A stretch of 64,000 nt of DNA, taken from contig JAYGDX010000185.1 of assembly GCA_046582655.1 (NCBI GenBank), forward strand, positions 64,840-128,839, written 5' to 3'. The translations under genes were made by a program, and so were the position numbers. Source of the stretch: Candidatus Poribacteria bacterium (GTDB lineage Bacteria > Poribacteria > WGA-4E > UBA9662). The notes beneath the pieces are model-generated. The model was not told the DNA's origin, searched no databases, and saw only the letters and a list, made by a program, of their open reading frames with translations. Shown piece after piece: positions 31,109 through 41,296 of the stretch (its first letter is position 1; every line of letters starts with the position of its first letter).

Positions 31109-31558
31109 TTAAAAAAGCTTGGTGCTGTCAAGCAGCATCGTTACCGGGCCGTCATTGATCAGTTGCACGTCCATCATTGCCTGGAATATACCACCTTTCC
31201 CGAGTACTCCCAGTTCGTTCAAGGCGTCAATAAATTCTTCATATAATTTATTGGCTTTCTCTGGTGGTGATGCTTCTATGAAACTTGGTCGTCGACCTTT
31301 ACGGCAATCGCCGTAAAGTGTAAACTGCGAAACGATAAGCGCGGACCCGCCGATGTCCAACAGAGATTTGTTCATTTTTCCATCTTCATCGCCAAAGATT
31401 CTTAAATTTGCTACTTTTTGTGCTAGGTAGTCGATATCTTCTAGCTGATCATCTTTGGATACGCCTAGAAAAACGAGCAACCCGGACCCAATTTCTGATA
31501 CCAGTTCACCATCGACCGTAACGCTTGCGGATTTTACGCGTTGAACAACTGCTCTCAT
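31109..31558 (-). CDS. dtd: D-aminoacyl-tRNA deacylase
   Basis: [27 protein letters not shown]. Confidence 0.98.
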   Translation of the reverse strand: MRAVVQRVKSASVTVDGELVSEIGSGLLVFLGVSKDDQLEDIDYLAQKVANLRIFGDEDGKMNKSLLDIGGSALIVSQFTLYGDCRKGRRPSFIEASPPEKANKLYEEFIDALNELGVLGKGGIFQAMMDVQLINDGPVTMLLDSTKLF

Positions 31559-31650
31559 ATATGCTCCAAATTTGTTGATTGCTTTTCATTAAATTTCGAT
31601 TCTAGCATGGGTATAAAACCACAGCAATAAATTAAGATTCCACTAACTAA

Positions 31651-32904
31651 ATGAAATTTGTTCAGAATACTTACTCGGCGTTTTCAACATTTTATACCAA
31701 TAGAATGCGCACATTCCTTATTGTCCTGAGTATCTCAATTGGAATTGCCGGCGTGATTGTAATGATGTCGCTTGGCGCTGGAGCCCAAAAATTAGTGATG
31801 AACGAAGTTGAAAAAGTTGGTGGTCCATTAACTTTTGGTGTGTATCGTCCCGACAGGATCCGAAAAGGAAAAGGGAGATACAGCAAGTGGACGAGAAATA
31901 CAAGTAAGCACTTTTTGATGATGGAGGATGTAGAATTAATTCGGAATGAATGCCCAGCCGTCGATATGGCCGCACCGGAGTCCTACAGGTCCGTAAATGT
32001 ATCATACGATGGGAAACAAAAAAGAACTCGTTTGCAAGCGACATCCTACGATTATCATCTTATTCGTGAGTGGCATACCCGTGTAGGACGCTTTATTTCC
32101 GATGAGGATCTCAGCTTTTGGAGTAAGGTCTGTGTAGTTGGTGAGGAGATTGTTCAAGATCTGTTCTCGGGCTTAGATCCTATTGGTAAAGAGATTAAAG
32201 TTAGTAATAAACGGTTTAACATTATCGGAGTTATGGAATCTCGTGGAAAGGGACTTGACCCAGGGATGGGAAGTGAGGATAATCAAATTTTTATGCCGGT
32301 GACAACCACACAGACTCACTTTTTGGGAAACGATTATGTCGGCCATATCCTGATTCGAGCCAAAAATTATGATGTTATTGATCAAGCGGTAGATCAGGTC
32401 AAAACAGTCTTGTTGCGAGCAAACGACGGGGAAGAATTCTTCGAAGTGTGGGTTATGAAAGAAGAGTTAAAATCCACCAACAGGATTATCTTGATTATTG
32501 AGCTGGTTCTTGTCTTGATTGCTTCAGTCTCTTTAATAGTAGGTGGAATTGGCACCCTCAATATCATGTTGGTGTCTGTGACTGAGCGTATTCCGGAAAT
32601 TGGCCTACGAAAGGCGGTTGGGGCCAAAGGTTGGGATATTCGGGTACAGTTTCTGACTGAATCTGTCCTGATTTGTCTAATTGGGAGTGTTCTCGGGATT
32701 ATAATCGGATTCGGATTAACGCATGCCCTTGCTGGTACATTGAGTAAATATTTTATTAAAGAGTTTGAATGGCCGTCCGTAATTACCTTGAAATCAATCC
32801 TGACATCAGTTGCTGCTGGTGCAGCTATTGGAGTCTTCTTTGGTTACTATCCTGCCAGTCGTGCTTCTAGATTAAACCCGATTGAGGCCATCCGCCACAA
32901 ATGA
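31651..32904 (+). CDS. MacB/FtsX-like ABC transporter permease (no ATPase adjacent)
   Basis: SLIVGGIGTLNIMLVSVTERIPEIGLRKAVGA; FFGYYPASRASRLNPIEAIR. Confidence 0.93.
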   Translation: MKFVQNTYSAFSTFYTNRMRTFLIVLSISIGIAGVIVMMSLGAGAQKLVMNEVEKVGGPLTFGVYRPDRIRKGKGRYSKWTRNTSKHFLMMEDVELIRNECPAVDMAAPESYRSVNVSYDGKQKRTRLQATSYDYHLIREWHTRVGRFISDEDLSFWSKVCVVGEEIVQDLFSGLDPIGKEIKVSNKRFNIIGVMESRGKGLDPGMGSEDNQIFMPVTTTQTHFLGNDYVGHILIRAKNYDVIDQAVDQVKTVLLRANDGEEFFEVWVMKEELKSTNRIILIIELVLVLIASVSLIVGGIGTLNIMLVSVTERIPEIGLRKAVGAKGWDIRVQFLTESVLICLIGSVLGIIIGFGLTHALAGTLSKYFIKEFEWPSVITLKSILTSVAAGAAIGVFFGYYPASRASRLNPIEAIRHK

Positions 32905-34227
32905 TTACTGGATGGTGTGAGTCGAGTTGATCAGAAGTTGATCTAGTGGCTTTAAGTGACGTCGGGGAAGCTGGGCTTGGATTAAAATTTCCTCCGTTCG
33001 ATAATCAGCACTTACAACATGTCCGTGGTTGTAGAGATAATCTAGGGCCTTGGCATCCTGATAGGAGAGAGAGATCGATAAACAGATGTCGTGCTTTGAA
33101 ATAATGTCGGCAATATGGCTCTTGAGGTTTTGGGTGCCATCGCCTTGGAGTGCCGAGATCATTAGACTCTTTGGATGTTTTATCTGTAACATGCAAAGAA
33201 GTTCTTCATTAACTTGGTCTATCTTGTTGAACACGATCAGGCTTGGAACGTTGGATGCTCCAATTTCCTGAAGAACGTTATTAACTATCTGGATGTGTAA
33301 GTCTATTTGTGAATGGCTGGCATCGACGATGTGAAGTAGAAGGTTAGATTCGGCTACTTCTTCTAGCGTTGCCTTGAAAGCTGCCACAAGTTGGTGTGGC
33401 AGCTTCTTGATGAATCCGACGGTATCGGTCAGCAAAACCTCCTGATTTTTTGGCAATTCAACCGTGCGAGTTGTCGGATCAAGTGTAGCAAAAAGTTTAT
33501 CTTCAGCCAATTGATCTGCCGACGTAAGAGCGTTGAATAAAGTTGATTTTCCAGCGTTTGTATAACCCACCAGCGAAATATTCACAATCTTAGCACGATT
33601 GTGTCGTTGAACTTGTCGTTGTCTTTCGACATCTTTTAGTACTTTCTTCAGATGTGATATCTGGTGGCTGATCAGCTTCCGGTCAATCTGAAGTTGGGTC
33701 TCGCCCGCACCGCGTACTGCCCCACCACTTTGACCTGTTCCTCCTGAGGCAGCACCGCTACCTGCTGTAGCTTGTCGGGAAAGATGCGTCCACATTCTTG
33801 TTAATCGAGGTAATGCATATTGAAGTTGTGCGAGATTGACTTGTAGTTTGGCTTCTTTTGTTTGCGCTCGTTGAGCAAAAATTTGCAAAATTAATCCTGT
33901 TCGGTCAATCACAACTAGATTTAATATTTTCTCAATATTGCGTGTTTGAGCTGGCGAGAGGTCGGCATCAAAGACAACAATCTCCGACTTCGTCTGGTCT
34001 GCTGTAATCTTTATTTCACCAAGTTTTCCCTGCCCAATAAAATGTGCCGCGTTTGGTACGGCTTTAGTTTGAATCAGTTCACAGGTAACCTTGATGCCCG
34101 ATGTCGTTGCCAAATCAGCCAACTCGCGGATTGATTCTTCGACTTCAGAGTGAATGTCATGTCTTAGTTTGATGCCAACTAAAACTGCTTTTTTGGATTG
34201 GATTTCCGTATTATAATTTAGGTGCAC
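32905..34227 (-). CDS. hflX: GTPase HflX
   Basis: GYTNAGKST, LFATLDPT, DTVGFI, NKID, ISA. Confidence 0.97.
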   Translation of the reverse strand: MHLNYNTEIQSKKAVLVGIKLRHDIHSEVEESIRELADLATTSGIKVTCELIQTKAVPNAAHFIGQGKLGEIKITADQTKSEIVVFDADLSPAQTRNIEKILNLVVIDRTGLILQIFAQRAQTKEAKLQVNLAQLQYALPRLTRMWTHLSRQATAGSGAASGGTGQSGGAVRGAGETQLQIDRKLISHQISHLKKVLKDVERQRQVQRHNRAKIVNISLVGYTNAGKSTLFNALTSADQLAEDKLFATLDPTTRTVELPKNQEVLLTDTVGFIKKLPHQLVAAFKATLEEVAESNLLLHIVDASHSQIDLHIQIVNNVLQEIGASNVPSLIVFNKIDQVNEELLCMLQIKHPKSLMISALQGDGTQNLKSHIADIISKHDICLSISLSYQDAKALDYLYNHGHVVSADYRTEEILIQAQLPRRHLKPLDQLLINSTHTIQ

Positions 34228-34367
34228 AGCCTGTTATCTTTCATCTGGGTAACTTTGGTTGAGCTCAACCAAAGCTTAGAAATATTCCGCATTCATTAAT
34301 TCTCTCAAGGTAAAGTATTCAATAATCTAACTAGCAACCTTCCTGATGAAGAAAGCTGTTTCCAAAC

Positions 34368-34397
34368 ATTATATTTATTTTTGTGGATTTTTGTCAA
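34368..34397 (-). promoter_or_regulatory. Consensus sigma70 promoter for hflX
   Basis: Minus strand TTGACA-N18-TATAAT. Confidence 0.7.
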
Positions 34398-34473
34398 CTC
34401 ATTTATGCTATCTCGGATACTTTAGTACTGTTCTTGTCACCTAAAAAAATCCCTGCGAAAATAACTTGATTTT

Positions 34474-34507
34474 TTGCCTTGCAAAAAAAAAACAGATATG
34501 CTAATCT
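34474..34507 (+). promoter_or_regulatory. Sigma70-type promoter of the flagellar operon with an A10 tract in the spacer
   Basis: TTGCCT-N17-TATGCT overlapping TTGCAA-N17-TAATCT (TG extended); A10 at 34483-34492. Confidence 0.55.
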
Positions 34508-34558
34508 ATATACCCCGGTTTTGCCGGTACTAAATGTCTGTTCAGTTCCAGAGGTCCA

Positions 34559-36889
34559 ATGAATCAGTTTGCTCGCCTGCGAGAATCTACGCCTCCGAAA
34601 ATAGCGCTTGCTGTGTTGCTTTCTTGTCTATGTTCTTTTCAAGCTTTTGCTGATTATAGTGTGCGTGATATTAGGCAGTTTGAGGCTGAATTCAGACGTA
34701 CGGATCGGGAATTTATTCGCTTGCTAAAACAGGCGATTAATCATCGCCTCTACCTCATGGGCGAGCAAGACACGAGTCCATTTGCTCGTGCTTCCTACGC
34801 TCGGAATCTGTTGGACGAGGATACTGGCGCTCGTGCTAATCTTTTTCCCAATAGACTTGGGAAAGCCGACAACCAATTTCTGGATCTCTTCTATGCTCCC
34901 AAACATACTGACAGAAAAGCCTTAATTTTTGATGAATCAAGATCTATTCTGGATGAGTACAGGCATCTGGCTGATATTGCTACCCCGCTAGAAACTGCTG
35001 ATATTCACGAGTATGTACGGGTTCTTCCAAAACCCAATTCTGTAAAAAAAATTTATAGTGCGATTATTGATCGGTTTCAGGATCTTGTATCGATTCGTGA
35101 TCTGAAGGTATATTTGTCAATCGTCGAGTCCATCGAAGATACAGTCAGTGACCCAGGTGACTTGAATCCATTAAGTATGGTGCGTGAAGATTTCCGTGTC
35201 TCTGAATATGGGCCTATGGAAAATCAAGAAGAATTGTTCGGCTTCAAGCGGGTCATTATGAGTGATAACTTGGCTGCACTCGAACTAACGCGTAGCTCGT
35301 TCCTGCTGGCTCTCGACAACAATAGAAATAGCAAATACGTACCTCATGCACGCTACAGGATTGGAGACATTTTAGTTGAACAAACAAGAGTTTTGCTTTA
35401 CAACCTGAAAGATGCAGAAGCTGCAGAAGCAAAATTAACTGAGGCTATCGAATGGTATCGTGGTACTGCACTGGGGATACATCCACAATTTTCACACGCT
35501 GAATATGTGTTGTTTTGGTTAGCCCAGCTTGATTATGACAAAGGAAATGTTGTTAATGCTCAGCGGTCCTACGAAAGACTTGTTGGAAGTTTTCCTAAAA
35601 ACAGCGGCCCTTTAAAATTGGCAGAAAACGCAATTTTCATGCAGAGTATTTGCAATGCTGACCTCGGCCACTTTGTAGATGCAAGGAATCAATTGAGTGA
35701 TTTACTCACCTTGGGATCTGGACTCTTTAGGCGGGTTGCACAGACGCAACTCTCTAGATTTGGGTTGCCTGTCTTCTTGTTCTCCATCCCAGATATTGAT
35801 GCTAATATTTTCGATTCGGAAGAAGATGTTACAGATGTGTTGATAAAAAAATTTGGTGAGTCCGGTGTGTTGCTTTCGGAGGATTTTGTTGAAGTTAAAG
35901 TTTTTCACACCAATCATACCTTGATTATCATAGACTCAGCAACCAACCATATATATAACGTTTCTAAGTCCAGAGACTCAGATGTAGTGGGAAATACAGA
36001 ACAGGAAAAAATTAAGCTTGATGTTCAATTGGTCAGCCCTTTTGGCAGTGCCGGTCTGGTTTCTAGTCAATATGCGAATGGGTTCAATAAGCTAAGTGCA
36101 AATCCGAGTCGACAAACTCTTGAATCCATTGTCGTTTCAGCTGATGTCTTGTATGAAACAGGGGATTTTACTGGAGCCATTCTTACCTACGAAAAAGCAA
36201 TTGATTTATACAAGCGTCTCTCCCAAGACTTGAGCCGTAATAAAAGTTTCACTTATTTGCGGCAACTTGATGAATGGTATTATCAAGCACTGCTCAATAT
36301 GAGTCGGTGTTACTACAAACTTAGAAACCTTGATATGTGTATTGCAAACTTGAATCAATTGTTGCAAGAGGGGACAGAACAGAATGTTGTATCCCCAGCA
36401 GTGCTGAGGGATGTATATCTTTTACGTGGGGATAGCTACTACCTCGAAGCGGCGAAGGACCGGGAAACCACGGGCCAAAATGGTGTAACCTACAGTGAAA
36501 ATCATATAGAGAATCATGAGCAGGTTATTAGATCGTATGAACAGGTGAAAAATGAGTTTCCCCCATTAAGTCTGAATCGAAATAATCGCCTAGTAAGCAT
36601 GTACATAGCTTTGGATGTACAGGAAAAAGCAATCGATTTGGTTAAAGACCAAATCGAACATCTCAAATCTACTAAAATGATGAGAGAAAAAGTTCGACAA
36701 GCAGAACTAGATTTGAGTTATCGTATGCTGGGTGCAATTTACTGGAGTATTGAAGACCATGACAAAGCAGTTTCAGCCTATAATCAGGTTCAAAGTGGGG
36801 ATGGTTATAATGCGGACGTTAAAGATCTCGTTGTTCAAATTCAGGATCTCCAATCAAAACTGGAACAAATACAAAATTTAAATAATTAG
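34559..36889 (+). CDS. Exported tetratricopeptide-repeat protein, first gene of the flagellar cluster
   Basis: Signal peptide ending AFA-DY; TPR-like helices (ARYRIGDIL; LFWLAQLDYDKGN..AQRSYERLV..FP; ADVLYETGDFTGAILTYEKAI). Confidence 0.75.
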   Translation: MNQFARLRESTPPKIALAVLLSCLCSFQAFADYSVRDIRQFEAEFRRTDREFIRLLKQAINHRLYLMGEQDTSPFARASYARNLLDEDTGARANLFPNRLGKADNQFLDLFYAPKHTDRKALIFDESRSILDEYRHLADIATPLETADIHEYVRVLPKPNSVKKIYSAIIDRFQDLVSIRDLKVYLSIVESIEDTVSDPGDLNPLSMVREDFRVSEYGPMENQEELFGFKRVIMSDNLAALELTRSSFLLALDNNRNSKYVPHARYRIGDILVEQTRVLLYNLKDAEAAEAKLTEAIEWYRGTALGIHPQFSHAEYVLFWLAQLDYDKGNVVNAQRSYERLVGSFPKNSGPLKLAENAIFMQSICNADLGHFVDARNQLSDLLTLGSGLFRRVAQTQLSRFGLPVFLFSIPDIDANIFDSEEDVTDVLIKKFGESGVLLSEDFVEVKVFHTNHTLIIIDSATNHIYNVSKSRDSDVVGNTEQEKIKLDVQLVSPFGSAGLVSSQYANGFNKLSANPSRQTLESIVVSADVLYETGDFTGAILTYEKAIDLYKRLSQDLSRNKSFTYLRQLDEWYYQALLNMSRCYYKLRNLDMCIANLNQLLQEGTEQNVVSPAVLRDVYLLRGDSYYLEAAKDRETTGQNGVTYSENHIENHEQVIRSYEQVKNEFPPLSLNRNNRLVSMYIALDVQEKAIDLVKDQIEHLKSTKMMREKVRQAELDLSYRMLGAIYWSIEDHDKAVSAYNQVQSGDGYNADVKDLVVQIQDLQSKLEQIQNLNN

Positions 36890-36893
36890 TGGA

Positions 36894-37367
36894 TTGAGTT
36901 CCGTGTTGTTAGATAAAGTAATGGCAGATACCGAAACGCAGATTGGGATTGCTGATCAGATTGTTGAAATTTCTTTAAGGCAGCAGCGAGTTTTGGATGA
37001 TAACAATCTGGATGATTTCATTGAGTTGGGAAGAGAGCGTGGTGATTTGATACAGTATTTGGACACGATACAGAATTCAGCCAAAGCTAGCCTCGATATA
37101 ATCATTAATGATGAAGTCACATCCATTGGTATCGTGGGCTTAGAAGAAAAATTGGCTGAACTTGAACAGAAAATGGCCAGAATTATTGAAATCGATCGAG
37201 GAAACAAAAAGGTAATATACGCAAAAATTGGTGTTGTGAATCCTAATTTGGAACTGTCACCCGTACTTGTGGGACACGCCCATGATAGGTACAATAAGAC
37301 AAGAGATACGGATCAGGAAATTCTGAATCAAACACGGCGTGCCAAATACATCGATTCTAAGGGGTAG
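36894..37367 (+). CDS. FlgN-like flagellar export chaperone
   Basis: All-helical; QQRVL..NNLDD pattern; C-terminal YIDSKG; position before flgB. Confidence 0.5.
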   Translation: MSSVLLDKVMADTETQIGIADQIVEISLRQQRVLDDNNLDDFIELGRERGDLIQYLDTIQNSAKASLDIIINDEVTSIGIVGLEEKLAELEQKMARIIEIDRGNKKVIYAKIGVVNPNLELSPVLVGHAHDRYNKTRDTDQEILNQTRRAKYIDSKG

Positions 37368-37404
37368 ATTTCGTCCTTAGATTCAGCCAAAGGAGAATTA
37401 AAAT

Positions 37405-37818
37405 TTGAACTTGTTTTCAGGAGTTGTCCCAGTTGCTCTGAAGCACTCGCTTAACGGAACGCTATTAAGGCACAAAGCTATTGCTCACAATATAGCAAAT
37501 GTAAATACACCTAAGTTTAAGCGTGTGGATGTTGAATTTAAATCACAACTTAAGGCTGCAATTCGCCAGTCTTCTAAAACTTCGGTTCATACTCCAAAAA
37601 CACATCTTGGCCATATTCCAATCGATCCATCAAAGTTAGCTCGTGTTACCCCGCGGACATATCAGCAAGGTGATACATCCCTTCGAATTGACCAGAATAA
37701 CGTTGATATTGATGTGGAGATGGGAACGCTTGCCGTGAATACTATGGAATATAATGTTTTAGTTCGATTGATTACTGATTATTACCAAAAACTTGCTATG
37801 GTGATTCGCACTAGGTAA
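37405..37818 (+). CDS. flgB: Basal-body rod protein FlgB
   Basis: RHKAIAHNIANVNTPKFKRVDVEF; RIDQNNVDIDVEM. Confidence 0.95.
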   Translation: MNLFSGVVPVALKHSLNGTLLRHKAIAHNIANVNTPKFKRVDVEFKSQLKAAIRQSSKTSVHTPKTHLGHIPIDPSKLARVTPRTYQQGDTSLRIDQNNVDIDVEMGTLAVNTMEYNVLVRLITDYYQKLAMVIRTR

Positions 37819-37862
37819 TGCTTAGATAACCTTTACTGTTGACAAACTGAGAGTTTAAAATT

Positions 37863-38183
37863 ATGGTTATTCATCCCATTCAACTGTTGATGCCTGCAGA
37901 AGGAAACATTGGTGTGAAATCGATTGATGTCGCCCCGGTATACTCAAATTTTTCATCGTCGGGTGTTAGCTTCAAGAAACTGTTGCAGAATAATCTGAAT
38001 AAAGTGAATGAAATGCAGCTGTTATCACATCAGGAAAGTATTAAATTCGCAACAGGTGAATCTGATAATCTACATGAATTGATGATTACGCTAGAAGAAG
38101 CCAAGCTTGCGTTACAATTGGCTGTTGAGATTCGTAACAAAATCCTTGATGCTTATCAAGAGATTTTACGTATGCAAATTTAG
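37863..38183 (+). CDS. fliE: FliE
   Basis: LHELMITLEEAKLALQLAVEIRNKILDAYQEILRMQI. Confidence 0.97.
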   Translation: MVIHPIQLLMPAEGNIGVKSIDVAPVYSNFSSSGVSFKKLLQNNLNKVNEMQLLSHQESIKFATGESDNLHELMITLEEAKLALQLAVEIRNKILDAYQEILRMQI

Positions 38184-38306
38184 ATTTATCCTGATTTTCT
38201 GCGTTCTCGAGTATTGTTTTCACCTATGGTTAATCGTGATGTACATTTACAGGGCTATCCCATATTGATAAATACTTTAAAGTTGTTGAAATTGGGGAGA
38301 TGATTA

Positions 38307-40178
38307 ATGCGTGAATTTCTTCAGAATCTAACCAATCAAGCGAGTAGCCGCTGGGGCGGATTGAGTCAGCCTTGGCGGCTTGCTTTGGTTGGAGTTGTTG
38401 TCGCTCTCATACTTTCATTGGTGGTTTCGTTAGTTTTGTTGCGAGGTGGTGATTATGTAACTCTTTATAGTGGATTGATTGACCAAGACCGTGGAGTCCT
38501 AGCTCATGCTCTTAATCAACAGAACATCGATTATAAATTGACTGATGATGAAATTCAGGTTCGAGTTCAGGATATTGACGAAGCCAGAAGAATTTCGACC
38601 ATGACTCGATTGAGTGGCGGTATTGGAATGTTCGGCGAAAGAACACTGAAGAGGAAAGGAGACCGTGGCTATGAAATCTTAGCGCCTGGGGCGTTGCGGA
38701 TGATGTCGCGCGATGAATTCCGCGAATTTAAAAGGCAAGCACTTGAAGGCGAATTGGAAAGGACTCTTAGTACTTTTGCTGGTATACGCGCCGTGGCTGT
38801 AAAATTGAGTGTTCCCGAACCCCAACCTTTTGTCAGGGATCAAGTGAAACCCACGGCGTCTGTTACTTTGGAACTCATGGTGAGTGGTATGGATAACGGT
38901 GGTCTAGGCATAAACACAATCAAAGCGATGCAACGCGTGGTAGCTTATAGTGTTTCAGGTCTGCAACCGGAGAATGTTCATGTAGTTGATCAGGATGGGA
39001 TTTACGATTCAGAAGAATTGGTTAAAACAAATCAAACATCAGTCGATAAAAGCGCTGAGGTCCTTAGTCTTAAAGCTCAATACGAAAATTATTATTTGAA
39101 GAAGGCACGTAAAGCTATCGCAATCTACGAAGATCGCGTGCGAATTGCAGGCCTAGAGGTTGAAGTCAGTTTGACTGATACGAAAACGCTCACGTCAGCA
39201 TTTAAGCCTTCGATGGCTGAGGAAGGGACAGGAGTGGTTAGAAGTAAACTGACAGAACGTGAATCTTTCGAGGGAGAAGGATCCGCACCTGGAGGTTCAC
39301 CAGGAGTTGAAAGCAACTTGTTCCCACCTGAATACCAAACTGCTGGTTCTGGATCAGGTCCTTCTACTTATGACAGGAGTAAAGAGATTGTCAATTACGA
39401 AATGGATCAAATTACAACTGAGGAAACCTCAACCCCAAGCGCGATTGTCAAGTCAGCTGCGGTTGTAGTTGATTTTTCACTTCAGGATGAAGTTGAAGCT
39501 ATCAAGAATATTATTGCCAACACACTGGGACTGGCTTCAGACGTAACCGGGCTGAATGACAAAATATCGATTCAACTCACGCAATTTCCCGTTGTTAAAG
39601 ATATTCAGGAAGCTATTCAGGAACTACCGCCTCCGGTGTGGGTGCAATTGGCACAGATGATTGTACTGGCTGTTGTTTTGATTGCTATCTTGATTTTCCT
39701 GCGTTCCTGGCTTGCTCGCCCAACATCATCGCAAGAAATGGCTGATCAGCCACCGACAGTTCAGTTAGGAGAGGAACATTTACCAAAGGGACTTACTGTC
39801 AAGGATTACATAGATCAACTTCTTAATGAGCAGTTTGCTTATATGAAGAAAGAGCATGAGGAATCACAAGAGCAAATTCAGGTTGATATTTTGCAGAAAG
39901 AAAAAGGGGAAGAGCTAGTTGCACAAAAAGAAGCTGAAGAGCATGCGCAAATTGTAGCTATTGACGCCGAAAAGAGGGCGCAGGAAGAAGAAGTTCTGCA
40001 AGAAGAAACTGAAACTGAACGCCGCAAAGATGTTTTTGAACAGATCCGTGAGTTTGCCGAGACCGATCCAACGGCAACGGCGGATGTTCTTAGAACTTGG
40101 TTGGTAGAAGAAGACGATAGCACATCTGAAGCTGATTCGGCCAATAGCGAGGTCTCTGAAACAGATGAAGAGAGTTGA
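38307..40178 (+). CDS. fliF: MS-ring protein FliF
   Basis: Two TMs; ALEGELERTL, PTASVTL, GGSPGVESN, IVNYE, DVLRTWL. Confidence 0.95.
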   Translation: MREFLQNLTNQASSRWGGLSQPWRLALVGVVVALILSLVVSLVLLRGGDYVTLYSGLIDQDRGVLAHALNQQNIDYKLTDDEIQVRVQDIDEARRISTMTRLSGGIGMFGERTLKRKGDRGYEILAPGALRMMSRDEFREFKRQALEGELERTLSTFAGIRAVAVKLSVPEPQPFVRDQVKPTASVTLELMVSGMDNGGLGINTIKAMQRVVAYSVSGLQPENVHVVDQDGIYDSEELVKTNQTSVDKSAEVLSLKAQYENYYLKKARKAIAIYEDRVRIAGLEVEVSLTDTKTLTSAFKPSMAEEGTGVVRSKLTERESFEGEGSAPGGSPGVESNLFPPEYQTAGSGSGPSTYDRSKEIVNYEMDQITTEETSTPSAIVKSAAVVVDFSLQDEVEAIKNIIANTLGLASDVTGLNDKISIQLTQFPVVKDIQEAIQELPPPVWVQLAQMIVLAVVLIAILIFLRSWLARPTSSQEMADQPPTVQLGEEHLPKGLTVKDYIDQLLNEQFAYMKKEHEESQEQIQVDILQKEKGEELVAQKEAEEHAQIVAIDAEKRAQEEEVLQEETETERRKDVFEQIREFAETDPTATADVLRTWLVEEDDSTSEADSANSEVSETDEES

Positions 40179-40192
40179 TAAAAACATCATGA

Positions 40193-41215
40193 ATGAATGT
40201 TAAAGGAGGAGATGTGACTGGACTAAGGAAAATTGGTATTTTTTTGTTGACTTTAAAGGGACCAATCTCAGGGGAGGTTTTTAAAAGCCTGAGTGAAAAA
40301 GAGCAGGAAAAAGTGTTAGTTGAAATTGCTTCTCCCAATCCCATTGCACCTGAGGAAAGATCACAGGTATTGGATGAATTTATGCATAATCTACAATCAG
40401 CGGGTGCCTATGCCAGTGGAGGAATGGATGAAGCGCAAGATCTGTTGCAATCGGCATTTGGCAGTCTGCGTGCGGCAGAGACCATGACGGCAAAGTTAGA
40501 ATCAACGCTTGAAAATAAGCCGTTCGGTATGTTTAATGATGCCGATCCTGCTGAAATCTACCAGTTTCTTGTGGCAGAGAGCCCGCAGACAATTGCCTTG
40601 GTTTTGTCAAATATCGTGCCTGATAAAGCTGGCGAAGTACTCCAGAGATTTCAATCGCGGATGCGTTCCCAAATCGCTGGCAAGATTGCGACTATGGAGG
40701 CCATGAGTCCTGAGGCAGTTCAGGAAGTTGAAAATGTCTTGGTATCTCGGTTCAAGGGATCCTCTGGGCAAGCCCAGAAACCCACTGATGGCGCTGATAT
40801 CTTGGCCAAAATGCTTAATAAGTTTGGTAATAAAGAGGATGCGGACGGCGTCATTGAATCCATGCAACAAAAACATCCGGAGGTGGCTAATAAAATCAGA
40901 GAAGGTATGTTTACTTTTGATGATATTGTCCTGATTGACAAAATGGAGTTTCGTAATGAAATTGTCCGGCTACCTTCGCTAAGTGAACACTTAGCAACTG
41001 CTCTAAAAGGAGCTGCTGAGGATGTTCAGAGCATGTTTTTCGATAATATGACTGAGAAACAATCTTCCAGACTAAGAAGTAATTTATCTGAAATGGGATC
41101 TATAAAGGCCAGCGCTGTCAATGAAGCACAAAAGGCAATTTTGGAAGAGGTTCGTGAGCTTGAAGAGAGTGGTAAAATTACCATCTCACGCGAAGAAGAA
41201 GAGGTATTTGAGTAA
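40193..41215 (+). CDS. fliG: Motor switch protein FliG
   Basis: TGLRKIGIFL, ESPQTIALVLS, MFTFDDI, ALKGA, AQKAIL. Confidence 0.95.
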   Translation: MNVKGGDVTGLRKIGIFLLTLKGPISGEVFKSLSEKEQEKVLVEIASPNPIAPEERSQVLDEFMHNLQSAGAYASGGMDEAQDLLQSAFGSLRAAETMTAKLESTLENKPFGMFNDADPAEIYQFLVAESPQTIALVLSNIVPDKAGEVLQRFQSRMRSQIAGKIATMEAMSPEAVQEVENVLVSRFKGSSGQAQKPTDGADILAKMLNKFGNKEDADGVIESMQQKHPEVANKIREGMFTFDDIVLIDKMEFRNEIVRLPSLSEHLATALKGAAEDVQSMFFDNMTEKQSSRLRSNLSEMGSIKASAVNEAQKAILEEVRELEESGKITISREEEEVFE

Positions 41216-41296
41216 GCTTTCGCATCCAATGAATTTTAAAGTGACCGTTTTCGGTCAGTCACTGGCAAGCGTAAAACTAGATAAAGGAGTGAGTGG

